From contig NW_024704742.1 in the NCBI RefSeq assembly GCF_018977255.1, forward strand, positions 38,876,001-38,940,000: 64,000 bases of DNA, in the 5' to 3' direction. This stretch comes from Callorhinchus milii. Taxonomy: Eukaryota. The position numbers were made by a program, and so were the translations under genes. This document shows, in pieces, positions 53,090 through 64,000 of this stretch; position 1 is the first letter of the stretch, and every line of letters starts with the position of its first letter. The notes under the pieces were generated by a model, which ran no database searches, had not been told where the DNA came from, and saw only the letters and a list, made by a program, of their open reading frames with translations.

Positions 53090-53240
53090 ACAACTCTGTC
53101 CTTTCATTTCTGAGACCTGGGTTGAATCCATCCCCAAATAACAGCATGAATTCTCCTCTTTCTGCTGTGAGGTCGTAAATGGAATGAGTTTTTAACTGTT
53201 TCAATGCAGTTCCTGGTGGAGGCAAAAACAGCACTAAGTT
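53090..53240 (+). mobile_element. LF-SINE-like element, 5' half
   Basis: cctttcatttctgagacctgggttgaatccatccc...aatgagt...cagttcctggtgga, homologous to the 39585 copy. Confidence 0.55.
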
Positions 53241-53361
53241 TCCCATATTTGACTACAATTAGTGTAAGGCAGTCTTATAATAATTCTTGCATTTGATAAA
53301 GCATCTATAAGGTTAAAAAAGTTACTGTGTAATTGTTGGAAAATGAGACAGACAATTTTTT

Positions 53362-53485
53362 TTCATAGAATGTTATGGCACAGAAGGAGGCCATTCGGTC
53401 CATTGAGTCTGTGCCGGCTCTTTGACAGAGCAAGTCACTTTCACTAACCCCAATCACCAGCTTTCTCCCCATAATCCTGCAAACA
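53362..53485 (-). mobile_element. CR1 3' tail
   Basis: catagaatgttatggcacagaaggaggccattcggtcc. Confidence 0.8.
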
Positions 53486-53609
53486 CAGTAGTGTCCTACA
53501 AATTGTGGTGAGATGAATGACTTGATTTTTTTTTCTCTCTGGGGAATTGTTGGCCAGAGCACTAGGAGAAACTCTCATCTCCTGCCAAATAACATGGGCA
53601 TCAACCTGT

Positions 53610-53901
53610 ACACAGTTGGTAGCACTCTAACCTCTCAATCAGAAGATTGTGGGTTCAAGCCCCATGTTGGGTGTTTAAGATTGTAGTCCAGGCTGACTCT
53701 ATAGGAAGTGTTTCATTGTCAGAGGTGAGTCCTTTGGGTAAGTCTTTAAACGGAGGTCCTGCCTGCCTGACATTATCACCTCCCCGAGGATAAAATAAAA
53801 GTTATTTGTTTCGTGCCTGTTTATGGGTCATTGCTCTATGCAGATTGGCTGCTGTGTTTGCCTACAATAAATAGTCACTACACTATAGACATGATAAGGT
53901 G
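53610..53901 (+). mobile_element. DeuSINE-like SINE whose tail is interrupted by CR1
   Basis: tRNA head gttggtagcactct...gggttcaagccc; tail broken at gataaggtg. Confidence 0.8.
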
Positions 53902-54378
53902 TCTTGATAAGCAATCAAAATCATTGAGGGAGTGGAGGGACTGGACTATGAGGAATGACTAAGTAAATTGGGCATGTTCATGCTGGAAAAGAGAAGATTG
54001 AAGGTGACATGATTATTGTCTTTACGATTCTAAAGGGGCTAGACAATGTAGATCATGACAGGCTGTTTCAGCTTGTCCAGAATAGTAGAACCAGAGGACA
54101 CAGCCTGCGATTGAAGAGGGGTAAATTCAGGACGAATCTACGCAAACATTATTTCAGTGAGCGAACAGTGAACCTGTGGAACAGGCTCCCTAGGGAGACA
54201 GTTGAAGCAGAAAGTGTTGATTCTTTCAAACACAGATTAGATAGTTTTCTCTTAGGAAGTAACATTATGGAATATAGTACATAGGTAATTCGGGACGTAT
54301 GTGCATGCGACTGCCAGGAAGATGGAAGGCGAACTAAATGGACCTTGATCTTTTTTTGTCTAGTATTTATGTTATTAT
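53902..54378 (+). mobile_element. CR1 3' fragment (second subfamily)
   Basis: RTRGHSLRLKRGKFRTNLRKHYFSERTVNLWNRLP peptide. Confidence 0.92.
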
Positions 54379-55189
54379 AGGTGCTCTACAAGGATTGTTG
54401 TATCTTTCATGTCCATCTGAATAGACAGAAAAGCAACAGTTTAACATCTAATGCAATACTCCTCCAACACTGCACTGTCTAGATTGAGTCTCAAGTCTTG
54501 AACCCACAATACAAAGAGTCACCAACTGACAGCCTATAGTGAGGCAGGGTTCCTGTTCCTGTTCAAACCTCAGCAGCACAGTAGTGACTGTTTTCTGAGG
54601 TTGGGGTTAAGGTACACTGTTGGCACAAGGTAAAGGGAGCTTTACTCTGCTTTGTATGATTTAAGAATTCAGGAGGAGCAGATTGTGTGAAAATATTGCC
54701 TACCAGCAACAGTTACATCACCTTGACAAGTATAAAATTGATAAAGCTTGTAGCAGCAAATAAAAATAAAGCAAATTAAGGGTAACATTGTAAGTTACAT
54801 GATGTGACTCAGACTATTACATCTTCAATCACTGAAGCTGATGGCAACAGCATGCAGTCAGGTCAGGGAGCAGATTGTGAACAAAGATTTATGGGACAAG
54901 ACACTGGTGAGTTTAGCAGGCAATTGGTACAATGAGGAGAAACAGTGAGCAGTGCACGAATAGAGACCATGGGTTTCAACTCCACTCAGCTGGAGACATC
55001 AACTGGTCTTCTGACTCCTCTAGTGGCAGTGTTTGGTAGAATACCGAACAGACTTGCTTTTTTCTTTATTATGGTTGAACTCAGAGAAAATGTAAAGCTA
55101 GTTTGAAAATACATGTCCCTGTTTTCAGAAACCGTATAGGAAAAAGGAACATTCATGTGGTCAGTCCCAAACAACACTAAAAATAATCC

Positions 55190-55450
55190 TTTGCTACTTG
55201 ATCTCTCATACCCTTCAATTGATTTCTTGACCAAATAGCTGTTTAATTTACTAACATAGTCTGCCTCTTGTCTCCCTGGACAGTTTATTCCACATATTCA
55301 CCATTCTTTGTGAAGTAATTAAATGTGAACTGTCTGTTCATTTTCTCTCTTCAGAGTTCGAGTGTATGCCACTTTGTTGTGGAGTTTGGGAGTATGTTAA
55401 ACACATTATTAGGATCTGGTTTATCTATACCCTTCAGGATCATGAATAAA
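55190..55450 (-). mobile_element. Old CR1 fragment
   Basis: ttattccacatattcaccattctttgtgaag (reverse of FTxRMVNMWN). Confidence 0.7.
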
Positions 55451-55829
55451 TAGAGGACCATCTGTAATATTTGAACCTCAACCCATGTAATAATTATTCA
55501 TCCTCTAACTATAGCTGATCTGTCTTTTTGGGATTATGTTTTTTTTAAACCAGTAATGTTTTCCCTTGACAAGTATATCCATGTAATCTTCTGATGGCGA
55601 ACTTGTGTAATTTGAAGAGCTTAAGGAATTCTGAAACTCAAATAGTTTGACACACTTTATTGTACAGTAGTAAGAGTGTTTCTGGAAAGTACCATTGGAT
55701 GATTAAACTAACTTGCTTTTGTTGGTGAATGAAATTAATCAACAGACTAGCTGCTGTTCTGTGGGCTGGGCCCAGGAAAGGCTAATATTATTCATAAATC
55801 AAGATGACTAATTTATATGGGAATCCTGC

Positions 55830-56150
55830 CCAGATCCAAACACCAGCTGTCCTGTATAAGTCTTACCAACTTGCTGAAGGCAGATGTTCATAGCATAGCT
55901 GGTGAGGAAACTGAACGCATGTTCATATATCCTGGGCTTGGTATCCATCTTGATTGGTATGTAGAGTGGTGGTACACAGCTACTGCTGAAGCTTTGCACT
56001 TCCAATTGATCGCACAATGGATAGAGAAAAATGTTCCAGTTGTGCTCAGGTGGATAGTGGTAGTGTTCTCCTCCATTTCATGCTGAGCCTTGCTGCTCAC
56101 CAGGAAGATCACAAGAAGTTCTATGGACTTGCTATTCATACAGTGAGGGT
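55830..56150 (-). mobile_element. Decayed Penelope-like element (GIY-YIG region)
   Basis: Frameshifted peptides ..FLVSSK.. and HAFSFLTSYAMNICLQQVGKTYTGQ resemble Penelope NLRDxLVRSKL and FTCxSxNVIYxIxCxxCxxxYIGQT. Confidence 0.55.
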
Positions 56151-56299
56151 TCAAACCTACACTTGGCAGATGTCAAATGACCAACTGGTGATTATCCTCC
56201 ATGGAGTGGGGGGTGGGGGTGTCATGGGGGCTAGGCTGGCTCTAAGGTGATATGCTTACAACGGAATATCAGAAATTAGTCAAACTGTTACGGTCTTGC

Positions 56300-56454
56300 T
56301 AGTCCAATTTCTAAGCCAAGGCATTCCATTCCAATAAACATCTCTGGAATTCCCATGTATAGGTAGGATGTGTGGATTTTCAGTTTGGTGTGGATACTCT
56401 GAAGCATGGCAATAGGTTTCCACATATGTTAGACATTTGGCTGCCCCAAATAAA
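56300..56454 (+). repeat. Unclassified ancient dispersed repeat (family X), short copy
   Basis: atctctggaattcccatgt...cagtttggtgtggatactct matches 22190-22250. Confidence 0.7.
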
Positions 56455-57429
56455 TCCAAAAGCTTTTAAATGGGTGACTGGAAACATTGAATGGTGATTG
56501 CAATTCTACAGTTATTCTCTACTTGTTAGTAAACTTGCTGACCTTTGGCAAGGAGCCAAGTACCACCCAGCTGAATCATTCACACTGAACGTGTAAAAGA
56601 GCTCTGAGGCATATTCTTGTGTGAAAGGTGCAATACTAGTCCAAGTATTGTGAATTTATGATAAGAGATCCCATTCGAGTTGCACAACCTTGAAATGTTC
56701 ATCAGCAAGGGGAAACCAATGTGCGTTTGTAAACAAAGATCAGTAAATTTATCTCATATATGTTATTTCTTGCTGCATTTCTTTTAAGAACAAATGAGGT
56801 AATGTTGTTTCCACATTGGGCAGCAAAAAAGGCAATGTATAAAAATAAAATCTTTCAGTGTTAATTACCTCTTTGGGAATTCAGTGCGCTGAAATTTAAA
56901 ACAAGGACTTTTGCACCAGAATAATCAGATTACACCCTACACCTCATTAGCTGGAAGTCAGCGCAGTGGGGTTCCTGCAATGATTTCATTGAACTCTGCT
57001 GTGGGTAATGGTGTCTTGCTTCAATGGTGCTAAAAATTCTTTTCTGTGTAGGAAAGCAGCTAAGAAACTCCCTTGGCTGAGGAACGTCAGGACAAGAAAC
57101 CTTAGAAATAGGCCATTATTTTTGTTTTGTTTTTTTGAAGAACAAGTCAAATTCGAACCTGTGTTATGGCTAGGCTGCTCACCACTTGTGTCCTTTTTCT
57201 GGTCCACCCCTGCACAGTGGTATAAACAGGGTATCGGTTTCCACAGAAAACCAGATTAACCTTGTATTTGCATGTGCTGGAGTCAATGCCCTGTGCAACT
57301 AAACTAAACATATATATATGTTTCTGTGCCAATATTTCCATCCTGTCCTCTTCTCTTCTACTACAGGTCTTTGATTCTTTCTCCCCTCTCCGGGGTACAG
57401 TTGCACCATCCAATACTTTCCAAATGGCA

Positions 57430-57790
57430 ATTATTATTAATAATAAGGATCCTTGCATTTGAGATAATGCCTATCACATCAGGAGGACGATTCAAAGTGA
57501 ATCACGGGATTTTATACTGCAAAATGCAGTTAACCCCGTATTTTGTAGGTGAATGTGATAGCTAACTTGCGTACAGCAATGCCCTACAGATAACGATGAA
57601 GTGAACAACTCATTTTATCTGGGGAATTATAGGCCAGGACATCGAGAGAAAGTCTCTTCTCTTTTTGAATAGTGCCATGAGATCTTCATAGGACTTTTAA
57701 CATCCACCTGAACAGCTAGATGAGACCTTAGATATCTTATCAGAAAGAAGGCACCTCCATCAAAGCAGCATCCTCCCCAGCACGATTAGT
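57430..57790 (-). mobile_element. DeuSINE-like SINE
   Basis: Tail and core match the 49.7-50.1 kb copy. Confidence 0.8.
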
Positions 57791-57957
57791 TATGTCTGAA
57801 CTTTGACAGAGTGTCGGTAGGCTATTCAACCACAGGTTGTATCTGTGTGTGTATGTGTGTGTGTTGGGGGGTGGAGGAGGTTTCACAGCAAAGCCTGATC
57901 CTGGAGACACTTGATATCAACCGTGACTTCCTGCAGAGCTCTCAGTAGTGATCAGAG

Positions 57958-58117
57958 GAACTAGAATTCTCATGGTTTTAGCCTTAAGACCATTGCCATA
58001 AAATTTAAGATCATGGAGAATTTTTAGAAAATTCTTAAATTCAGTCTTGCTTTGTAAATTGGTTTGCAGGAGCTCTGCCATTTTAAGACAATTCTAAGAT
58101 CATGATCGAGCTTCAGT
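57958..58117. mobile_element. TTAAGA-rich palindromic MITE-like copy
   Basis: aaatttaagatcatggagaatt matches 33470-33490. Confidence 0.5.
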
Positions 58118-58999
58118 AGAGGGAAACGTGGTTCATTTCCCCTTCGCTAACATAGGATCTAACTCCAGTGGTTCCTAATGCAGAATTGGCAGAGGTGTAA
58201 CTCAGCACAGACCAGGAATTTGAACCTGTGGCTTTCTGATAATTAGGATTAGTGCTGCACTGAGCACATTGAGTGTATGCTGACAGGGCTCAACTGTTCA
58301 TGTATCCTCCAGTTAAAAGAGGAAGCAGAATTAATGAGGCACACTGTATTAGGAAGTGAATTCTACCTAATTCAAAGACGAGCTAGAAACTTATTCTAGC
58401 AAGGTAATAATAATAATGATAATCCTTGCATTTGGTATAGCGCCTTAATCATGTCAGAAAGGTGTCTCATAGTGCTTCCCAGGAATTACTGTGAAAAGGA
58501 GTGACTGTGTATTTGTAGGCAAACACGGCAGCACAATTGCACATGGCAATGTGCCACAAACAGCCATGATGTGTTCAATCTCCAGGTAGTGTGAGAGGGT
58601 AACAAGAATGGGGAGGAAGCATGTTTGAGGTCCATAGATCAACCTTGAGGACATGGGAAAATGGAAATACAAGGCCAGTTGGTGTAACAGGAAAGGAATG
58701 AAGAGGAAGTGAAGTTATGATTATTTTATCTTAGCCTCACCTCCTCCCGCTACCTCTTTTCACTACCCTGTTTCATTTTTTTCAGCTGAGGGAGTGGGTG
58801 CAGACTGGATGTTGTGCTACAGTGTTGTACTATTACTGTAGTGCTGTGCTAGTGCCAGGGCTGGTTAGCACACATCATCAGCCAGTCCAAATCGGTGCTT
58901 CATTGTCATGGAGGGAATGGGGGAAAAGAGGAGAGAGAGACCAGCATTTGTGGACCACCACAGCAATCAATGTCTTCCTTCCATGCTGATATCTTTCCC

Positions 59000-59281
59000 T
59001 TCTTCTCGCTTTGATGCAACAAGATGCTTTCAGCTGGTTGAACACATTCTCTGGGGTCCCAATGCCTTGGCTCTCACTAATCTGCCTAACACTTTCCAGA
59101 ATTATGTAAGCAGAGTGAATCCCTCCAAGGATAGAGCGCGCCTTCCATTCCAGACATGGGGAAATTTTCAATCAGTCGGTAGTAATGTTACAGATGTGGA
59201 ATTCTTGGTCTGGTTTGGATGCTACTAAAGCATAGTGATGGGTTTCTGCGTGTGTCAAACACGCTGCTGATCAAGAAAAAA
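59000..59281 (+). repeat. Unclassified ancient dispersed repeat (family X)
   Basis: ctaacactttccagaattatgtaagcagag...gatgggtttctgcgtgtgtcaaacac...gctgatcaagaaaaa. Confidence 0.75.
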
Positions 59282-59948
59282 GGAAGAGTTTATTGCTTTA
59301 AAAAAATCTCCATTAATTTAATAATTCTTGCAGTTTGACAAGGAATTACCAAGAGTGACCTAATAAATACAGCAAGATTCAAAACGTCAGGCCAAGTGCA
59401 TAGGAGTCTGGTGATCTACCACAGGAACTCACAGGCAACATTAAAACCAATATGTTTTGTTTCCCCAACAATTTAGCCTTACGTGCCAAGTTCAACATTG
59501 TTGAACTCCACTGCATATTTTTAATTTACTTCTAACATGATTTAATAAGGAAGCTTTTCATGAATAATATTGAGGTGAAACAAAATCCTCGTGAACATTG
59601 GTAGTCACAGGCTTTTCCCACTGCCTGGGTGTTTGATGAAAACATGTGTTCCACAGCGATTCATTCAAATAACATAGAACATTGTGAAAATTAAACACAA
59701 ATATTGCCCCGCAATGAAAAGTCCTCAGGGAGGACAGTGGCTTTGTTGTAGCTATAATAATAATCTTTAGATTTGATATAGCGCTTTTCATGTTGGGAGG
59801 ATGTCTCAAAGTGTAAAAGCTGTGTATTTTGAAGGTAAACACGACAACCAATATGTGTACAGGAATGTCCCACAATTCCTGACTGCTTGCAACACAGACT
59901 GGCACTATATGGCAATTTCAAATATGATTCATTTAATAAGGACTCTGA

Positions 59949-60170
59949 AACCTAAAATTCCACCTTAGTCTTAGTTTCTAAGACCATTATGTCTTAATTT
60001 TCCCAAATTCTCAAATTCAGGCTTAATTTATAAATCGATTTTCCCTAGTTCTTAAAATGCAACCGGCTTCCAAATTAAAACTGATTTTTAGAATTTTCCA
60101 CAATTCTGTGCAGTCTTAAATTTTAAGAATAGATGGTTACATAAGTTAAGATTAGGTGCAATTTCAGTCC
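59949..60170. mobile_element. TTAAGA-rich palindromic MITE-like copy
   Basis: Ends cctaaaattccaccttagtctta / taagattaggtgcaatttcagtcc are inverted; internal ttccacaattct shared with 33625. Confidence 0.6.
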
Positions 60171-60971
60171 TCTGCAGAGTGGGGACTTCTTCTGGTAGCT
60201 TGGAGTATGTAACAGGTGTCATTGCTGACTCTGCTGCACACGACAAATGGCTCAGCGTGACATACCTCAGTTTCCTTATCAAGGATTCACATTAGAAGTG
60301 GCTGCATGCTAGACATCAAGTCTAAATGCTGCGTTGAATAGAATGCAATGTTGGCGTGTGCAGTGCAGTGCTGAAAAGACATGCATCGTATCTGAACCGC
60401 AAGAGCACGCTTGTTGTACACTGAAACATTAAATTGATAGTTTTAAAAGGTAAATCTAGTGATTATTGTAGCTAATAATTCTTTTACCAGCCAGCATTCA
60501 TGGAGCATCCGTACCCTACAATTACCTGATTAGAACAGTGTGTTTCCAATAGTCTATCAGGTGACGGTATTTCAACTTGAAGGTGGGGAGGAGATCAACT
60601 TTGCTTTCTTCTCACATTTGGAACATTTATTGGTGGGAAGTTTCTCCTCTGCAATATGAGCTATGACAGAAAATCAAATGTGGCTGGGAAATCAAATGGC
60701 AGATTTCAACAAGGAGCTTGCCACCCACTCCTTCCATCTGCAAGAACATGTTTTGGCATTACTAAAACCTCTGCCTTCTCCTACTTAATTTGCAAGCCAA
60801 CAATAAAAAAAGGTCAAAAGTGCTCATCTAACATGATTGGTTGTATTCGAAATACAGTAAAATATAAATCATTTGCAAACCTGCTTCTGCTGAAATATCA
60901 AAGATTAAAAGGCACAGGGTTACCCTATTATTGGTATAATGATCAGCATCCTGAAGGATGGGTAAGTACAC

Positions 60972-61350
60972 AGCAGTTTGGTTTAGTTGACAGCACTCGC
61001 ACCCTGAGCTCAGAAGATTGTGGGTTCAAGTCCCTTGTCGGGACTTCAGTGCACTACTAAGTGAGAGATGCCAACCTTTAGAAAAGAACTCTGGGACGCT
61101 ATGCCATGTGAAGGGCGCTATATAAATGCAAGTTGTTGTCGAGAACACAGTAAAGTCAGTCTATTAATGATTATAGGACTCTATTAAATAAAAGAAGGGA
61201 AATTTCTCTGGAGTCTTGGGCATCATTCCTCCAGATAAAATTGGTCATTCACTTTGTGAGATTTATGTGCAAAATAGCTGTACGATACTAGACTTGTCAG
61301 CAATTCCTAGTGAAGTGCTTTGAGATGTTTCAAATTTATAAGTGCTATTT
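60972..61350 (+). mobile_element. DeuSINE-like SINE with inserted L2 tail
   Basis: tRNA head gattgtgggttcaagtccc; L2 tail at 61090-61140. Confidence 0.7.
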
Positions 61351-63539
61351 GAAAAAATAGTAAACTTTACATTTGATGTCGTGCTTTTCAGTTTGGCAAG
61401 TCTTCTCAAAATGCTCACAGGATATATCATAAAGTGTAGTGGGCGATATTTTGTAGGCAAATGCAAAGATTATTTAAACAGATTTTGTATTAAGAAATGT
61501 GCAACTGTTGAATTGTCAAAATATCAAATGTGTTGAAGAATACGTTGCTTGAGGATTGGTTGCATTCTTGAGCATCTTTAATCTATTAAGAAATGGACAA
61601 CTGCACCTTTCTTGTTAAGAAATTCCTCAAATTAGAGCCCTATTTGCCAGAACTTTATTTTTATTGCAAAAATTAACTTTTTTGCATTTGATATCTTGCA
61701 TTAGGTTGCATGTCTGGCATTTTAATGTCCATCACCTCATTGTTTTCATCAAAGGATTTAAAAATTGTTCCCTATCCCACAAACAAAGCACCATCCCTTT
61801 TTAGTAGCACCTGTGGTTGCGTCACCTCCCAATTATCCCTTCTCTCCCCTCCCACCTTCCCCGTCCCTGCTGAGATTGAAAATTCACGATGTGTCTAATC
61901 GCTCGAACCATGTCACAGGTGGCTTAATGGAACAACACTTTATTAAAGCAATGCAAAGAATCTTTACATGAGTGGAAATTCAGTCATCTTGAAGTAAATA
62001 AAGCAGGAGTTCCTGCTGGTCTTTTTTTTAAAAAACAAGAAAACCAAATTATGTATATACTTTTGAGCAGGTGCTAATCCAGCTGCGTAAGGAACATGTA
62101 CAGTTTAGTGATTCAGTATGGTGCTTTGCTCATGGTTCAATTAGCATTCATGTTTTAAAGATTAAAAATAGGTCGGAGCCTCCCTCATTACTACTTTCCC
62201 AAAATAATACTAATGAAACATTGCCATCCATCAGTACGTTTTATGACAGTAACACCTGTTAAACAACTAGTTAACTTTTATTGCCTTATTAATGCATTGT
62301 GGAATCTGCTCCACCAAGCACCAGATCTTAAACATTGTTGTAGGATTGGAGAATTTACAATGTCTTAGTCTCCTGTCTTGTCCCTTATAGACATAAAAGA
62401 ATTTAACTTGTGTGTAAGTGCATGAAGGAGACAGTAACTCTAGAGATCAGGACTTATGGACCAGATCAGTTTAAGTTTTACAGCTTTCTAGCTTTTGCAT
62501 TTACAGGTCTCCCCCAGGAGCTCTTTATATTTCCATCTACTGAAGCATAGACTGAAGCAAACAGCTGGAAGGTCATAGAGAAAAGGCATCTGATCAGAAT
62601 CATCTTGGTGTTGATATGCTCGGTCTCTTTAGAAACAATTTGCGGGCTGCTTGTGGCTCCTTTTCCCCACCTCAATGTATCCTGAATATAAGCTAAAAAC
62701 AATGAGATTAAGCACACTGACATCAATGATTCTGTGCGGACTGGCTGAGAAATTTCCACTAAATTACGTTTCCTCCTGGTTGTCCATTTCACTCTGTGCT
62801 GCAGAAGATAAGTGTATAAACTATTTCGCAGAGACCTCTTAGAAGTACAACTAGTTTCAAAAGGTGTGAAACTAAAATGGGTAAAGAGATCCATAATCAT
62901 TTTCACAGTAGTATTTATTCGTAGAGTCCCTTTCTCATGAAATTGAAGATCAGAATTTAGAAGAATGATCTTCAATTTTTAATATATAAGTGTCTAATAA
63001 TACTAATAAGAAATCTTTAAAATACCTGATCCAAATGCCAGAGAAGACTGCAGCCAGGGCATATTTCAATTCATCAGAATAAGATGCAGGTTGATTTTGA
63101 TGAATTTTCAACACTAACAGCCAAACAATTATTTCAAGAAAGCAGTAAGTTTACTGGTGCCTCACTACCAGAAGTGCCTCAGGAGACAAATTGCATTTTC
63201 TGAAGACAAACTCATGTCACACAGACTTCTCTTCTGAGGAAATTCGGGTCGGAGTCAGCCTCTGATTTAATATTAATCTTGTTTGATCCAAAATATCTGA
63301 ATGAATGTCAGAAATTGAAAGCTAGTGTCTCATAGATCAGAACTTGTGTTCGTATTAAGCCGCTGGGAAATGTATTTTACCTCGATGTACTATACTGCTG
63401 GGCTGTCTTTGGCATCCTCCTTCAGGGCAAGTACATCATTTTCAGCTGAACGTCTCTAAGTGCTTCACAAATAGTTACTGTCAAGTATGGCAGTTGTTTT
63501 GGCAGTAGCCATTACACCATGAGATGAATCGCCAGTTAA

Positions 63540-63957
63540 CATAGGGGAATGTTGGCCAAGATAGCAGGAGAAACTCCTTTTTCTTTTTGAATAGTTATAT
63601 AGTGATACAGCATGGAAACAGGCCATTTGACCCAAAGAGTCTCTGCTGGTGTTAATAGTTTGCAAGCCTCTAGCCCTCCCATTCCCCTCAATTGCACCTC
63701 CATCTATTCTTTGTCCCTCATATATGCATCATGGTTTCTATTAAATATGTAATAGTATCATGGGATATTTAATGTTCACTTAAGCAGGCAGATGGGACCT
63801 CATTTTAACATCTCTCCTAAAGGTCAGCACCTTTGATAATGAAGCACTCCCCTAGTACTACACGAGATTGTCAGCCTGGACTAAGAATCTCAAGTTCCAA
63901 CTTGGGGCTTGAACCTTAACACCTAGAGGTAGGAGTGCTGCTAACTCAGCCAAGCTT
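63540..63957 (-). mobile_element. DeuSINE-like SINE interrupted by a CR1 3' tail (63594-63750)
   Basis: SINE core breaks at tttttgaatagt and resumes at aatagtatcatggga; inserted tacagcatggaaacaggccatttgaccc. Confidence 0.8.
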
Positions 63958-64000
63958 ATAATAATTCTCAATAAAAAGCACAGGTGTGTTAGTAAGTGGC

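Noticed and set aside
62478..62975. Longest ORF in the track (165 aa)
   Set aside because: Non-ATG start, no recognisable domain, no convincing splice signals; consistent with chance.
62940..62978. 13-bp perfect stem (aaattgaagatca / tgatcttcaattt) as terminator or miRNA
   Set aside because: Too short for a pre-miRNA, intrinsic terminators are not relevant here, and it is probably MITE-derived.

Overview
AT-rich, repeat-dense vertebrate DNA. It is most likely from a cartilaginous fish (shark or chimaera), inferred from the mix of L2 LINEs with (GTT)n tails, CR1 LINEs and DeuSINE/SacSINE1-like tRNA SINEs. No complete or confidently nameable protein-coding gene is present; almost all ORFs in the supplied track are LINE fragments or chance ORFs. 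Best-supported content: many 5'-truncated L2 and CR1 copies (some nested, with target-site duplications), numerous decayed SINEs including LF-SINE-like copies, a Penelope remnant, palindromic MITE-like elements, and a young 93-bp inverted repeat at 37.4-38.0 kb. The most interesting unexplained signals are: (i) three + strand candidate exons (to 2998, 3474-3513, 10939-11115) that splice into one 89-codon open frame just behind an in-frame ATG and a single TAA; (ii) a - strand 120-nt candidate exon at 28455-28574 encoding a signal-peptide-like N-terminus; (iii) an unclassified ancient repeat family with at least 5 copies sharing one end. These are hypotheses from manual reading, not database-confirmed calls. 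Repeat boundaries are approximate (tens of bp), and family names come from recalled consensus features rather than a search.
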